From the NCBI RefSeq assembly GCF_009914755.1, contig NC_060927.1: a DNA stretch of 64,000 nt. One strand, given 5' to 3'. Below are positions 17,079 through 31,432 of the stretch, piece after piece. Source of the DNA: the human T2T-CHM13v2.0 reference genome, Homo sapiens. A program made the translations under genes and the position numbers. The notes beneath the pieces were generated by a model, which saw only the letters and a list, made by a program, of their open reading frames with translations, was not told the origin of the DNA and searched no databases. Each line of letters begins with the position of its first letter. Position 1 is the first letter of the stretch.

Positions 17079-17079
17079 G

Positions 17080-17240
17080 GGTATCTATAAGCCCAGGAGA
17101 GAGACCTCAGAAGAAATCAACCCTGATAATACCTTGATCTCAGACTTTAAGCCTCCAGAACTGTGGGAAAATAAATGTTTGTTATTTAAGCCACTCACTC
17201 TGTGGTACTATGTTATGGCAGCTCTAGCAAGCAAGTAGAT
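17080..17240 (+). mobile_element. MLT1 (B/C-like) LTR 3' fragment
   Basis: ACCTTGATCTCAGACTTTAAGCCTCCAGAACTGTG..AAATAAATGTTTGTTATTTAAGCCAC. Confidence 0.8.
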
Positions 17241-17276
17241 TAATATCAGCTATCATAGTCAATAGCTAGCTTGAAG

Positions 17277-17278
<2 letters not shown>

Positions 17279-17321
<43 letters not shown>
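17279..17321. repeat. (AT)n microsatellite
   Basis: About 21 pure AT units. Confidence 0.97.
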
Positions 17322-17325
<4 letters not shown>

Positions 17326-17814
17326 AAAGCATACATTTCTCAGTGGATCCTAATGAATGCACTGCCCAAAACAACACAAGGTCAGGGGTTTGTCTCTTTT
17401 CCCCAAATTCACAAATTCTCTACCTTCGTATATCTTGATGATATCTTTGTGAAAGAAGTAGGGATGGTGCAATATAGGTCTGAAAGAATGAGCACTTTAC
17501 CAAAAAGACTATCTACATCAGCAGAAAGTTCATAATTGCAGATCTTAAAATGTACTCCTTTAGCCAGCAGAGTGAAATCTCATGAAGAAAGTCACCTAAA
17601 TTATTAACAAATAAACTGCCTGTATTTTGCTTGGCTGAGTGTAGGTATAAGCAAATTTGAAACTCTGCTTTAAAAAAAAAATAAACAGAAGAGTCACTTA
17701 ATAAATTTAGGGGAAGACAACATGAAGAAATGAGCTAATTTTAAGAGCAAACTTTAGGTAAGAACAGGTAGTTGCTCTGGGCACAAAATACAGTAGCAGT
17801 AGCAAGCATATTCT

Positions 17815-18510
17815 TTTTAAAATATATAATTTAATACTACTTGGAAATAAAAATGAATAAATTAGTTACCTCTGCAACAATAGAAGTTAATCTCAAAAGC
17901 ATTATGATGAACAAAGTAAGCCAGCAAAAAAAAAAAAAAGATGAGAGCCTACTCTATGATTCCATTTATGTGAAATTCTAGAACCAGCAAAGTTAACCTA
18001 TAGTGATGGACATCAGGACAATGGCTGCCTATGGTGGATTGGGTATCTGGGGTGATATAAATATTCCACGTCTTGGGAATAGAGATACACCTCTCAGAAA
18101 CCATTCAGAGATATTTGTCCTGACCAACTGTAGATAGCAGAGTTAACTGACAGCCCCAGCTCCCATCTCTGTTCAATATGAGAATAATCCAATGAGCAAT
18201 CTTTGCTCAGAGACTCTCCATTAGAAACATTCTCAAACCTCTGCTATGGTATGAAACAGCCACTCAATTCTTTCTTGCTCTCTCCTTTAATCAGTGTCAG
18301 GCTATTCCTGCCTACTTCTTCCCTCTTCCTCTTTATAGTTCACAGGTGTTTCCCTCAATAAATCTCTTGCTCATTTAATCCCACTGACATCTGCTTCTCA
18401 GATGATACATGGGATTTCGGGTTACACAGTTATACATTTGTCAAAACTCATAGAACTATATACACTTGACATCTGTGTAGAGTATGAGAATTTTACATCT
18501 AAAAATAAAA
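17815..18510 (+). mobile_element. Old L1 3' end (L1MC/ME-like) interrupted by an LTR16-like relic (~18085-18400)
   Basis: TATGATTCCATTTATGTGAAATTCTAGAA and TACATTTGTCAAAACTCATAGAACT are L1M 3' motifs; AACTGACAGCCCCAGCT and CAATAAATCTCTTGC...CATCTGCTTCTC are LTR16-like. Confidence 0.6.
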
Positions 18511-19484
18511 ACCTGCATTGCCTTTTTATCTTGAAATCTGCTTGTACGCTCATGAAATATGTCAGTACTAGGTAAGTAATACTTGGCACTATTTCTGGGA
18601 TAATATTTCAGTGATAGAAACACACAGCTATAGACAAACAAGTTCATAGTATTCTTAGTTAGTTAGGAAGCAGGCCCATACCGTGACAACACGAGACATC
18701 TCAGTTGAAATACTATTTGGTAAGCTAGCTTCACTCACTGGTAGGTGAACTTCCTGGACAGACGCCTACTATCACACAATTTAATCTTTAGCATAGCTTC
18801 ATAGGTTACAAATTATTACAAATCTTGAAATCCCAGAGTTTCAAGTTGAACTGAGTCTCAAATTGTCACAGTGAAAAGGATACTCAACAAGCTTGATTAA
18901 ATGTTCCACTGTGTCAGCCAACTAGTCTTCATTTTCCAGTCCTCTTCCCTTTCTTCATGGATAGAGAAAGCAATGCATTACCCTTGTGTTCTAACTCTAA
19001 ATTCGCTCCTACTTTTAGGGTTATATTTGCATAAACCACGTCTGTTTCCTAAAGTTTGCTCTCCCATTGCTTTTGTATAATTTTCCAGAAATTAGATTTC
19101 TGGAAAGCTCTTTCACTCTTTCTCATACCTATTGCACATTTGTCCTTTTTTGATGCCTTACTCCCCTATCATGAGTCCTTTTTATGCATATGCCAACATA
19201 CGTGAATCTGACATTAACGAATGATATGTCTGAGGGTTATTTCCTGTATAACAATTAGCTGGAAATGACAGAGATTTTAGTAAATAGCTTCATTTGCCAT
19301 TTTTAGTATATAGGTGAAGTAAGCTTTTCCGCACTCATTTCAGGAGAAGGTGCAGATGGGTAGGCTGAGCCTGGTTCAGGGGCTAAAATGACACTGACAG
19401 AGAGAAGAAGCAGGTTGTTTTTTTCTTCCTCTAGTAAAAGAAAAAAGTGAAAACATATAGCAAACTCTGACTTAATAATCGTCA

Positions 19485-20520
19485 AAGATTTATTTATCAC
19501 CTAGTATGTGCCAGGCACTGTACTAAGTACAGACGGGAATACATAAACAAGACATTTCCTTGACCCTCAAGGAACTCACAGTCTAATGGAGATGACAGAC
19601 AAAAAAACCCAACAGTTACAATAAAATGTAAATGCTCTGAAGAACTCACTGACAGAGCCCCAAGTTGCCCACTGTGAAAGACAAAATGTCCAGGACAACT
19701 AAGGAGGTGATAGTTTTCATACTACCGCAAAAGAGAATGTTCAATGAGGAATGTCTCAAAACAGATAAAGTCTGAGATTTTTTTAAAAATTAAAGAGTCA
19801 AGAGAAAGGAGTAAGATATGTCTTATCTTTGAAAACACAGAAGGGTGGAGGAGTTACTCTACCACTGCTGCTATCTGGAAACACAGGCCTCAGATAAACT
19901 TCAACATTCACACACTTTTGAATGTCTTACAACTTTATCTCCTTTTGATGCCCCATTCCTCTAGGAAACCTAGGGGAGAAGAATCTGGCAGTGTGTTTGT
20001 GCTTTGGGAGAATGGAGATAAAGAGCTTCCAAGGAAATCACCCTTGACCTGAGCCTCAGAAAGGAAACAAGCGTGCACTCCCATAAAAAACAGGAAAGGA
20101 ATATTTCAGGAATATATATATATATATATATATTTTAAGCCAGAAAAATATGGCCAGTGTCATTTAATTTGGAATGGCAGAATTATAGAGTCTGATTCAA
20201 GGCATGGCAGAAACTGAGAACCAAAAAGTGCACAAGAACAGAATTAAGGAAAAAAAAAACATTTAAAGGAGTTTGGATTATAAACTGAAGTCATTGAGAA
20301 ATTATTGGACTCCTAAAGGGGGATGTAATGTGATCACTTTTTTGTATCGCAAGATTACTTAGAAAAAGATGGATAGTGTGAAATAGATAGTGGAATGTCA
20401 TACCTAAAGACAGAGAGATGAGAAAGGAGACTATCTTAAAAATATGTAGCACGATTGTTGAAAGTCTGAACAAAGATTACACCAGGGAGCACTCCTGACG
20501 GACCCTTAACACTTATGTGA
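19485..20520 (-). mobile_element. L2 LINE fragments
   Basis: TATGTGCCAGGCACTGTACTAAG...CCTCAAGGAACTCACAGTCTA is the reverse L2 3' end; more L2-like sequence follows. Confidence 0.65.
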
Positions 20521-23500
20521 CAGAATCTCATGATGAATTGTTATTAGAGGGCGGTACACATATATTTTGTGTTTGCTATTTACCTGTTTACCTAGATGAA
20601 CTAACTACTTGGCCGCTCCTCTAAAACCAGATGTTAACAGTCGTCATGGTATGGATTTTCCTAGAAACTCGATGCAATACTAAGTGCACATTTACATTCT
20701 CCCTTCCAATTTTCGTTTTTCTATGCTTTAGTTCTATATTTATCTTCTATTTACCTTTATCTCCTCCTACCCTCACAAACTCCGACTGTCAGCTAGTTTA
20801 AGGAGCGAATCATCCTGCAAATTACCATATGCACCTGGGTCAGCATTTTCACCTTTCCTGTACTCAGTAAATGGTTAATTAAGAAGCATATGCATACATC
20901 ATTCTGATTGGTAACCTTGGGTCAGGAAATCAGTGTATCTTAACGACTGACATTCAGAATCTAACATGTAAATTATCTCAATTTACCTTTAAATATGAAT
21001 ATGTGTTGCATATTTAAATATATTTACATAATGAATATTTAATATATTTACATTGAAATTCAGTTGGGAGTGAAATCTGAATGCATAAGTTGCTGACTAT
21101 TTTATTTTCCTGGCTTGCCTGTCTTTTGAGAATGCTCTATGTCAGTAAAAGTCATTGTAGAAAAATGGCCATCTCTGCAGAAGTTGCAGCATGCTTAACT
21201 GGAAAGTGTTCTTATTAAGATCATAGCTATAACTTCCTATTATTGCAAATGTACACATATTTTAGTAAAGAATAAAATAAATTACAATATCAATCATCTT
21301 GTAATTCAGTCTGGAGGCAAGAGGCTCAGAAAATGTTACCTGTAACCTCTGCGGACAGATTCCATCATTAGATTAACAATCGCTGAAGCAACCACACATC
21401 ATTAAAACAGACAAGTGGTGCACCAGGGATGCAGGAATAATAAGCAGAAAAACTTGTAGTGTCACTTCATATAGGAAAACTGTGGACATCTTGTAGATGT
21501 GAGATTCTTGTTTGCTTTGGATAAAATATAATCACCACCTCTAGAGATATGATAAGATAAAAGATGAAACAAAGCTATACCCAAAGGATACATCTTCATT
21601 TATTTGGTTTGTCTGTACTGAAGGCACAGAATGAACAATGAATGCATTGAAGTTAGTGACTAGACTCTTCATAGGCAGTGGTGCAGAACTGATTTTTTTC
21701 ACTCATTTGATATAAACATTATGCTGTTATCAACCTCAAAGAGCGTTTGTTTATAAACCTGATTTCCATTGTAGAAAGAAATAGACTGGGCTAAATAATT
21801 TGGATTATTTGCAATACATATTTTTCCTTCCCTTTATTACATTTCCATTTCTAAATGGGGATTGCAACACAGATAATGGCATGCTCTCCTATGTAAGCTC
21901 AAAAAGTTTTAATTCTCACAGAATTGTTTTGAAAACAACATGCATTTATCTCTAAAGTACTGTGGGGATGTTGCCACTCATTGGATGTGCATTATAGGGA
22001 ATTAGAATGCACATAATCAGGCTGTTTGAAGCAGAGCACTTTTGAGGTTATCAGAATTTGTCACTTCTAAGGTCTTTCACTCAATTCTCCAATTCACCTA
22101 GCCATTCAGAACATGGCTAAATTCTATGAGCATCAAATTATAAAACTGACCAAGTCATATTTTGAAAGGAAAACTTAACATTTTAAATACTCTACTATAA
22201 AGTGATACATCACAATAATTGATAAACAGTTGATGATGGCTGGATGTCAGAAAAACCTAGTTTTCATACAAAACTCTGCTACACACCCCGTAACTTAAGC
22301 AAATGATTTAACCGTTCTTTTCCTCAATGTCTTTGAAATAAATGTTCCCGACTGGATTGCTAACCTTATTGAAGGTGTCTGCCTTTATGACACTGATGAA
22401 CATGTTGAAGGGTAGTAATTATGTTGCTTAATACAAGTTTAGAGAGAAGGAACAAAATAAAAATCTAAACAAAATTATTAGTTTGTTATTTTTGACTTTT
22501 CAGTTTCCATAAAGCATCTTGATTTTTTAATTTGAAATTCAGTGGCTTAGATTGTTAACTGTTAAGCCAAAATTTCAACTAAAAAACTAAAATGGAAATT
22601 ATACTTAGTCCTAGTCCTAATTCCAATTCTTTCCTAAATAATTTCATTTCATTTGCATCCTTTTAAACTGGAAAAGAAATTGAGCAGGTTTTTAATAAGA
22701 ATCAAATTAATTAAAAATTTTTGTTCAAGTGAAGACCAAAGACCAGATAAATGTATGTGAAGTGCAATGTAAATGAAGCAAAGTAGATTTATTTCGAATT
22801 TATATTCCAATTATTCATGCTTAAATTAACATTTTGGCTATTCATTTTGCATCTAAAATCTAACTTTACCAAATAATGATTATAATTACATTTTACATTT
22901 TTATGGAGAATTCTAAATGCTAATTTTCCATAATAATGCACTCATTAAATGTGTTTTGTTTATAAACACATTTAGGTGCTGTCAGTTTTAATTTGTAAAA
23001 AGAAGAAATCTTAGTCATAACACTTAAAAATTCAAATCATAATTCTAGCTTGGCAAATTAAACTGAAGCTTCACATTCAGAGAACATGAAATAAGTATGC
23101 TTTTGAAAAGCATATACTACTCATATTTCAGTTATTTCAGTTATGTAAGGTCAGTTATGTGAGGTCTAAATTATGAGGCCATTTTCCTAGAGAGTTTTTC
23201 AACCTAAATTTCTACTTGTATGTAGCTTAACAATAGCAATTATTAATTGCCATTAGTTTTGACATCATACAGCACAATTTCAATTCTCAGCAAAGGAATT
23301 CAAAGGTTAGAACACAAAAACACAATAAAGTAAAATAACTACACTTTCTAAATATGTCACCTCAAATCATTTGCAAAATACATACAGTTTTCTTTAATAG
23401 TCTGAATTTAGTAGAATATCTATTTGCCTTGTTACTTGATTAATGCCTTATTAATATTGTAATTGTTCATATACCAAAAAGGACTGGTAATAATATTCTA

Positions 23501-24531
23501 TTTAAAAATTATGCCCACATATAGAACTAATAATCTTCGGAGTATAGGAAGGTATATGGAATATTCTGGGTTGTCAATAAACTTTTTGAATAAACAAATA
23601 CACCCACAAATAAATGAATTAATTGACAAAAGGTACGTGTATTCTTCTGTAGTGTCCTTACCATTGTAAAATTAGTTTGCTCTCATGACCAATAAGTTAT
23701 AGTTTCTTTTATACATATTTTTTCACTTTTGTGTTTGTAATTCTGAGGGATATAATAGCTTCTCAAGTGCTGGTAAATGGTAAAAACAGGAGAGAGGAAA
23801 CACAGGAAGAAAAAAGCAGATAGAGAGAAATGGAGAAATAAGGGAAAATACAGAAGAAGAAGAAAAAAGAAAGGAAGAAAAATGTATCTAGATGAAATAG
23901 TTAAATTACATATTTGATATTGATATTCTGCATTATAATGGTAACTCTCATTTTTATTTTCTAGTTAAAAATAAAGTGTTTCCAAATAGAAAAAGAAAAT
24001 ATTTCTGGTACATAATTATTTAAAGAAGTTTAGAAGTTTGATAACTATCTTGGTTACCAAACAGATAGAGATAAGTTCAAATTTTATTTATTACATATAT
24101 GTATTCCTCTATTATATTAATTTCAAATCAAAATAAAATCATAAATAGAATAAAACTGGATCACTGAATATTCCTCTCTCAATTTCTGATAAAATGTATT
24201 TAAAAATACTAAAATAAGTAGTCAAAAATACAACTGGATCCAAACAAGGAAAAGTGATAGCTAAGAGAAGACTTGAGAATGAAGTAGCCTCTAGTTTTCC
24301 CTCTATCCCTACTCCACAGAGAAATAGATGGAAGCATATGAGTAGTAAAAATTTTGAATGTTACTAATGATCACTATATTTAGAGAGAACTACATGAAGG
24401 ACACAGTAGGCAGTACAAAGGAAAAATGTGGTGGGTGGGAGTGGAGCCTACTGAGAAGAGGAGCAGTGGGGAGGGCAGAAATGCAAACATGGAATCCCTA
24501 CCCTCTAGCTGTCAATTAAACACTCAGTGAA

Positions 24532-24655
24532 GGCCGGGCACAGTGGCTCACACCTGTAATCCTAGCACTTTGGGAGGCCAAGGTGGGTAGATTGCTTGAG
24601 TCCAAGAGTTTGAGACCAGCCTGGGCAACATGGCAAAATTCCATCTCCACGACAA

Positions 24656-24686
<31 letters not shown>

Positions 24687-24689
24687 ATA
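24532..24689 (+). mobile_element. Alu left monomer (FLAM_C-like) with (TAAA)n tail
   Basis: GGCCGGGCACAGTGGCTCAC...GAGACCAGCCTGGGCAACATGGC followed directly by a TAAA array. Confidence 0.9.
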
Positions 24690-25325
24690 GATTAATTAAT
24701 TATCAATCAAGTTGGAACCAAACACCAATGCTCAATGTCTTGAATATCTTAATTGTGCAGAAAGCCAAAAAAGAAAGCAGAATACTCGTAGTATCAGAAC
24801 TATCACTCCCCAGCAATAAGTCATTTTACTGTTTAAAAAAAAACAAACAAAAAAACCTACACATAAGAGCCTCTGAAGGAGCAGAAATCTCAGGGAAAAG
24901 TGACCATGTAAGCCCCACTTGAAGTCTCCTCTACTTTATCTTCCCCATGGAACCAAGTAACATCAAAACCCATGCATTATTCATCAAGTTTTTCCAGTCC
25001 CTGCTAATTCCCAAAAGAAAAAGGTGGATGTGATAAACGCATAAACTAGTCTGGCTTTCAACTCAGCAAGGCTTCTACTTCCAGGCAGAATTGGAGCAAT
25101 GGTCTAATGCTCCAGAATATTACCTTAGAAGGGCAGGTACGGTCCTGGAGCCAAATGGAGTAAGTCCTGGAACATTTAACAGAAGTAGCAGCAGCAACCA
25201 CGACCTCCTAAAGGCTAAACCTTCTCCACGCTAGTCCTCAGGCTACAGAAAATAAAATAGAAGGAAACTCTTAGTTTCCACGTTGTAGCTATGAAATGAC
25301 TTGTCGGAAGAAATACTTCTTTTAT

Positions 25326-25664
25326 TGCTATGGTTTCACTGTGTCTGCCAAACTGTAACAGTGTTAAGCAATTTGTTTCTTGGGGAAGTGTTTAGGTCAT
25401 ACAGGCTACGCCCTCATTATTAATGCTACTATGAAAAGGGCTTGCTAGAATGCATTCTCTCTCTTCTGTTCTGCCGTGCAAGGGCATGCAGTGTTCAAGA
25501 CACCACCTTGAAAGACAGACTGGATCCTCATCAGAAAACCGAACCTGCCAGCACCTTGATCTTGAATTTCCCAGCCTTCAGAATTTCGATAAAATAAATT
25601 TCTTTTCTTTGTAAGTTATCCAGTCTGTGGTATTGTGTTATAGCAGCACAAGTGGACTAAGATG
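25326..25664 (+). mobile_element. MST-type MaLR LTR
   Basis: TGCTATGGTTT start; GCCAGCACCTTGATCTTGAATTTCCCAGCC; TATAGCAGCACAAGTGGACTAAGA end. Confidence 0.8.
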
Positions 25665-25699
25665 CATGTCCAATATCAGAATACATTAGAAATTTGGCT

Positions 25700-26140
25700 A
25701 TATCAGTCCTCCTGTACTAGTTTTTGCTATAGAAACAATCTCCAAACTCAGTTGCTTACAGTAAATATATATTTTTTCTAACTCATGTTGCAGGAGGCTT
25801 TTAGGCTGAACTCCACTGGACTCACTTCTGTTTCTTATTTCTTGTTATTATGGAACCCAGGCTAAAACAACAGCACCACCTAATGTGGGAGGAGTGAGGA
25901 GGTAAACCACAGAAGTCATTTAAAATATCTGCTAATAGGTGGCAAATGTCACACCTGCTCATATGCCATTGGCAATGTCACATGCTAAACCCCAAGCAAG
26001 TCATATGCTCAATCCCAAAATTAACATGATGGGAAAGTATACTCTACTTACAAGGAGGGCACAAGACAGTAAAATGGCAAAGAGCATGTGACTTCATCAC
26101 AGGGAGGAGGCAAATAATCAGGAAAAATAATTCAATCTGG
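25700..26140 (-). mobile_element. Old MLT1 LTR relic
   Basis: TGCTATAGAAACAATCTCCAAACTCAGTTGCTTA...CCATTGGC...GCAAGTCATATG. Confidence 0.55.
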
Positions 26141-26495
26141 TGTGCCGCGTTAATGATGAGAAAAATAAAGAGTTAACAGGACAACTATGCAAATATATAC
26201 CGCAAGAGAAGAAACAAAATAAAACATAACCAAAGTGATGATGATAATTCCAAAAGAAAATACAGTCCAGACATTTTTAGAAAATTACTTCAAGTGTTTT
26301 ATATTTTAGAATAATTTAATAAAAATAATAATGGATAAGGTGAGATCGCAAAACAATTGAATAAGCAATAATTTAAAAGATGGTTGAAAAGGTAAAGAAA
26401 TTGATAAAAAATAAACAACACTATCACAAAAATAATAGCTAACAGATCACTATTAAAGATACACTAGAAAATTGTCCTCAAATGAAGAAAGTTTA

Positions 26496-26754
26496 TGTAG
26501 TCCCAGCCCTTTGGGAGGCCAAGGTGGGTGGATCACTTGAGGTCAGGAATTTGAGACCAGCCTGGCCAAAATGATGAAACCCGTCTCTACTAAAAATGCA
26601 AAAATTAGCATGGTAGCACATGCCTATAATCCCAGCTACTCCAGAGGCTGAGGTACCAGAATCATTTGAACCCAGCGGGTGGAGGTTGCAGTGAGCCAAG
26701 TTTGCACCACTGCACTTGGTCTCAAAAAACAAAACAAACAAAAAAAAAAAAAAA
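26496..26754 (+). mobile_element. AluS, 5'-clipped, with an internal deletion near the 3' end
   Basis: Both arms present; lacks CCAGCCTGGGCGACAGAG before GTCTC; TSD-like GAAGAAAGTTTA / GAAGAAAGCTTTA. Confidence 0.92.
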
Positions 26755-27261
26755 GAAGAAAGCTTTAATCATGAAATTCTAAAGGGCATAACTTTTCCAC
26801 GTCAGATAGAATAGGATTATCACTAAAATTTATGGTGTTTAAATTTATTCATCAATTATTTATTTAGTCATTCAATAAATATTTATCAATTGCCAGCTAT
26901 TTGCCAGTGATTATTCTAGGTACAGGGAAACACAACCTCACCAAACAAAATGATTTCTGAATTATAATCAGAAAAGACATTAAAACTGAAGTATAAAGAG
27001 AGAATTATTTGGACATTTATAAGAAAAAGCAAACAATTTACTTAAGTGAAAGAATTAGGCTATATTCTGATTTCTTAAAGCATCATTTTCTGCATGAATT
27101 ATAAAGAAAATTATTCTTATGTATGAAAATATCACAGTCTTTCTATAATTTGCTTAAAAATAATTAGTCTAATTTTTCTCAGATGTTCTGCCCTTTAAAT
27201 GTTATTAATAATCATAAGGCATACATTAGTCAAAACTGCTTCTTTTAAAAAATTCTTACAC

Positions 27262-27557
<296 letters not shown>

Positions 27558-27999
27558 ACTTACACTTAAATTCTTGTAATTATCCTGAAGTCATTATATC
27601 CTCTCTCACCCCCAAGGCGACTTCACCTCTTTTTATTTTAATCTTCTAGGTTATTCCATGACATGGCATTAACATCTCTTGTGAAAAGATTTGTCTTTAA
27701 TTTAGTGAAAGTTAACCGTCAAGACAGCAAGTACTATGAAAGCATTTTTGAAGTTATAAATCATAATTTTATGTTTTATATAATCACATAGAATTTATAA
27801 CAAATTCATACAGACCCTATTTGCACTTTCAGATTTAGATTACCTCATTCTTGATGATTACCTTATTATTTAAGTGCCATTAAGTGGTAAAAGTTATCTA
27901 ATTTCCTTAAAAATTAGAAAGATAACATACAAATGTATAATGAATTTATAATATGTTATAAAATGATCAGTGATATACCTAAAAAATAAAGCTGGTTAA

Positions 28000-29830
28000 A
28001 AGGAATAGGGAGGGTGGAGGAATTGGACTAGGGCAGTGTGGACACTAAACACTGCACTCCAATGGAAGGAAAACATGACACTGCAGCTCACCTTGAGAAA
28101 CACTGAGTTTCGTAGGGGTGGAGGTGGACCAGGCAGCTGCCTGATCAGGCTGTACCTAGGAAAACTCTAATCTGTGTTCTAAGCCATTATTTTTTTTCCT
28201 CTTTCCCTTTAAAGTACATGTGCTGGGGGTTGTTTGCAGTTGAACTTACCCTAGAACCTCAGACAGGACCCCCCAATTTAATTTGGAGGCAATGCTCCTT
28301 CAGGGTGACCCCTTTCTATAGGATCTCACAGGGTGGGGGGACAGGACTAAGGAACACTATAGTGTTAGGATCCTTCTGGTGGCAATGAGGACATCTGATC
28401 CTTCCAGTCTAATAGCAACATTATGAAATATGTCAAGTTTGTACAAGACATGATCTGCCTCCCTGGACTGAAGGATGGGAATGGAAAGATCAAAGTCAAG
28501 CTACAAGGGCCAACAAGGGCAATGCGTGCCCACAAATGTAGTATAGTAGCCTTGGGTCTGGGACAGACAGGACTGGGTCATTACAGCAAGTCAGCCTATT
28601 TTCTATCTGATATGTAGGAAACTCCTGAGACCCCAGGAGGGATATGGGGTGAGGAACTAACCTGTCAGTCTGCTGTTTTCCCACAAGAACATGGCAATAA
28701 AGACCCAAAATCATAATGCCTTAATTAGGCTCTCCCAAGCTGTGGCCACTGCGGACAAACTGACAAAGTGTTGGATCTGCTATCCCCGACCTCAATCTGT
28801 CACAGACCACAACGACCCTCTCATTCTGCCAGCAGCAAAGGACACCAGCATCTCTAAGGCCAGAGGGTATATCACCAGAACCCGAGCCCTGGATTATCAG
28901 GTGAGGATCTGGCACCCACCACATGGTAGGGAGCTGCAGGTGCCCCATTTTAATTTAATTGACTCTACGGCAAAATGCCCACAACTAAGATTACCACAAG
29001 TAACTAAACCTTGTTGGCCTAGTACTTTGATGCAGCATATTCCTTTGATTACTTGAAAAACAAGTGCTCCAGTGGCAATGACAAAAACAAGCACTAAACT
29101 AGTGCTGATCCTGTGTAGGGGGTTCATGAATAATATTGCATGGGGAAAACAGAGCCTGTGCAACTGTGTCAACAGTAAGACTGTTGGCAAAAGCCAGTGC
29201 CACACCCATGAATGACATTGAATAAGAAAACAGGTGAAGGGGTGCTGTGTGTACCCAAGGACTACAACTTCTCTGTGGACAGTACAAGGGTGACCCAAAT
29301 ACAAGATGGGCAATATCATCCCTGGAAAGCTGGCAGATGGTGGGATCCTGCACATTGGGAGTCCTGGGGGTGTGCCTCGATATCACTATGGGAATGGGGT
29401 GCACGAGTAAGCCTGCAGCCTAAAGCTATACACCAGGCTTACTAGGGATGTGCCAGGAGGTTTGACTGAATCTGAATTTGTTTTCTTTTCAAGATATTTT
29501 GTAGTATACATAGTAGTCGGTGCTCGTGAAACATGATGAGAACCCTGACCCTGACCATGGCAGATGTTGCCTCCTCCACTGCTACTTCCCTGGCAGCCCA
29601 GAAGACATCACTCAACTCTCTCAGGAAGGTTGCTTCAGACAACAGAACTGCTCTAGACTTTCTTTCAGCCTAACTCGGAGGAGCGTGTGATTGACAACAC
29701 CTTCCGCTCTACCTGGATAAATACCTCAGGTATTGTTGAAACACGAGTAGAGGTAATCTGAAAGCAGGCCTGCAGGCTGCAAAATGTGGGACCCTCTGAC
29801 AGATCTTTCTTTCCCCTTTAGCTGTCTTTT
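28000..29830 (+). mobile_element. Degenerate ERV internal fragment: 3' pol-like region plus gamma-type env pseudogene
   Basis: SU-like NALIRLSQAVATADKLTKCWIC (28691 onward); furin site RLTR (29435-29446); fusion-peptide-like DVPGGLTESEFVFFSR; TM heptad and ISD SLAAQKTSLNSLRKVASDNRTALDFLSA*LGGAC, then after a frameshift TWINTSGIVET; several stops and frameshifts. Confidence 0.85.
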
Positions 29831-30004
29831 TCAAACATACTTCCTGCTACAATTTGACCATTTTTGTTTCTTATCAAGCCAACTCTCAAACCACACCCTC
29901 ATTATATACTTTTCAGACAAGGTTTAGATAACTAGTGATCATATGAGTCTGTTGAATTCACCATATATAGAAATTCTCCTGCAAAATTATTGAGTAGTGA
30001 GTTC

Positions 30005-30375
30005 AATAATGCATTCCTAACCTCCTGTACCTGTGAGTGACGTTATTGAAAATGGGGTCTTTCAGATGTGATTAAGTTAAGGATCTCAGAAGGAAAGCCT
30101 CCTGTATTTAGGGTAAATCCTAAGTCCAGTGACTGGACTTGTAAGAGAAAGAAGTGGAAGACTTGACTCACAGTGACACAGAGGAAAATCATGTGAAAAT
30201 GGAGGTAGAGATTGGGGTGATACGTGTATAAGCTAAGAGACACCAAGGTTTGCCAGAAACTAAGAGAGAAACATGGAACAAATCGTTTCTCAGAGTCTCC
30301 TGAAGGAACCAATCCTGCTGACACCTTGATTTTAGAACTCTGGCTGAAATATGAGAGAATAAATTCTTTGTTTGC
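30005..30375 (+). mobile_element. MLT1B/C-type MaLR LTR, 3'-truncated
   Basis: GGGTCTTTCAGATGTGATTAAGTTAAGGATCTC...GAAGGAACCAATCCTGCTGACACCTTGATTT...AATAAATT. Confidence 0.85.
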
Positions 30376-30848
30376 CCTTCCATATGCACTCTCCCCCGTT
30401 GTCCATACCTCTCTGGGCATCAGGACACTGACTTATATAAATCGCTGCAGATTCTTGCCCTCTGACCTAGGTGGAATGACAGCAGGATATACCAGGCTAA
30501 AAAGATAATAAGATCACATTCATTTCCCTGGATCTTCGTTGGGGAGAGTCGGGGAGGGCTCTGTAGGTGAGTTATATCCTTCTACCACAAACCACAATTT
30601 ATTTAAGGCTGTTCATTTTGTTTAAATCAAAACCTCCATAGGGTACAAGCAACATAAAAGGAACATCCTCTTACCAACTACCACCACTATTCACTCAGCC
30701 ACAATTTGTGGAGGTAATTCTTTTTTCCTCATTTAATCAAATCTTCTGCAGAGCCTATTGTTTTATTAGTTCCTCTCAGATAATGAAAAGCTGTCTAGTC
30801 ATTCTGAGTGAAAAAAAGATATCATTTTAATAATTGAAGTCTCAATCT

Positions 30849-31432
30849 TGTATTAAGCATAATTTCTAAAATGGACCCCCATTTTAGATTTAGATTCCCA
30901 CATAAATCTTGGAGACACTTGAAAATGATATCACTTCTGTATTTGTGTTATGTGATATGGCAGAGTTGACTTTAAGATAGGGAGATAATCAGGTTATTCC
31001 TGAACTAATCACATGAGCCCTTAAATCAAAGACTGTCCCAGGCTGAGGCAGAAGAGAAAGTCAGAGAAGGACTCATTGCTCTCTTGCTAGCTTTAAACAT
31101 GGAGTGAGCCATATGAGAAGAAGTTGGTTGCTCTTAAGGAGATGAGTGAGGTCCCTGGCACACAGCCAGCAAGGAAATGGGGATTAAATTCTGCAACAAC
31201 AAGGAACTGTACTCTGCCAAAAACAGGCATAAGCTTGGAAGAGGACTGCAAGTTCCAAATGCAATGTAGCTCTGGTCAGCACCTTGATTTTGGCCTTATG
31301 AGACTCTAAGGAGATAACCCAGTTAAGCAATGCTGAACTTCTAACATGGAAAACTGTGGTCTACTTAATTTATATTGTTTTAAGCCACTATGTTTGTGGT
31401 GATTTCTAATACTGTCATAGACAACTAATACA
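30849..31432 (+). mobile_element. MLT1E/F-type MaLR LTR
   Basis: CAGCCAGCAAGGAAATGGGG...AGCTTGGAAGAGGAC...TTTAAGCCACTATGTTTGTGGTGATT...AACTAATACA. Confidence 0.8.
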
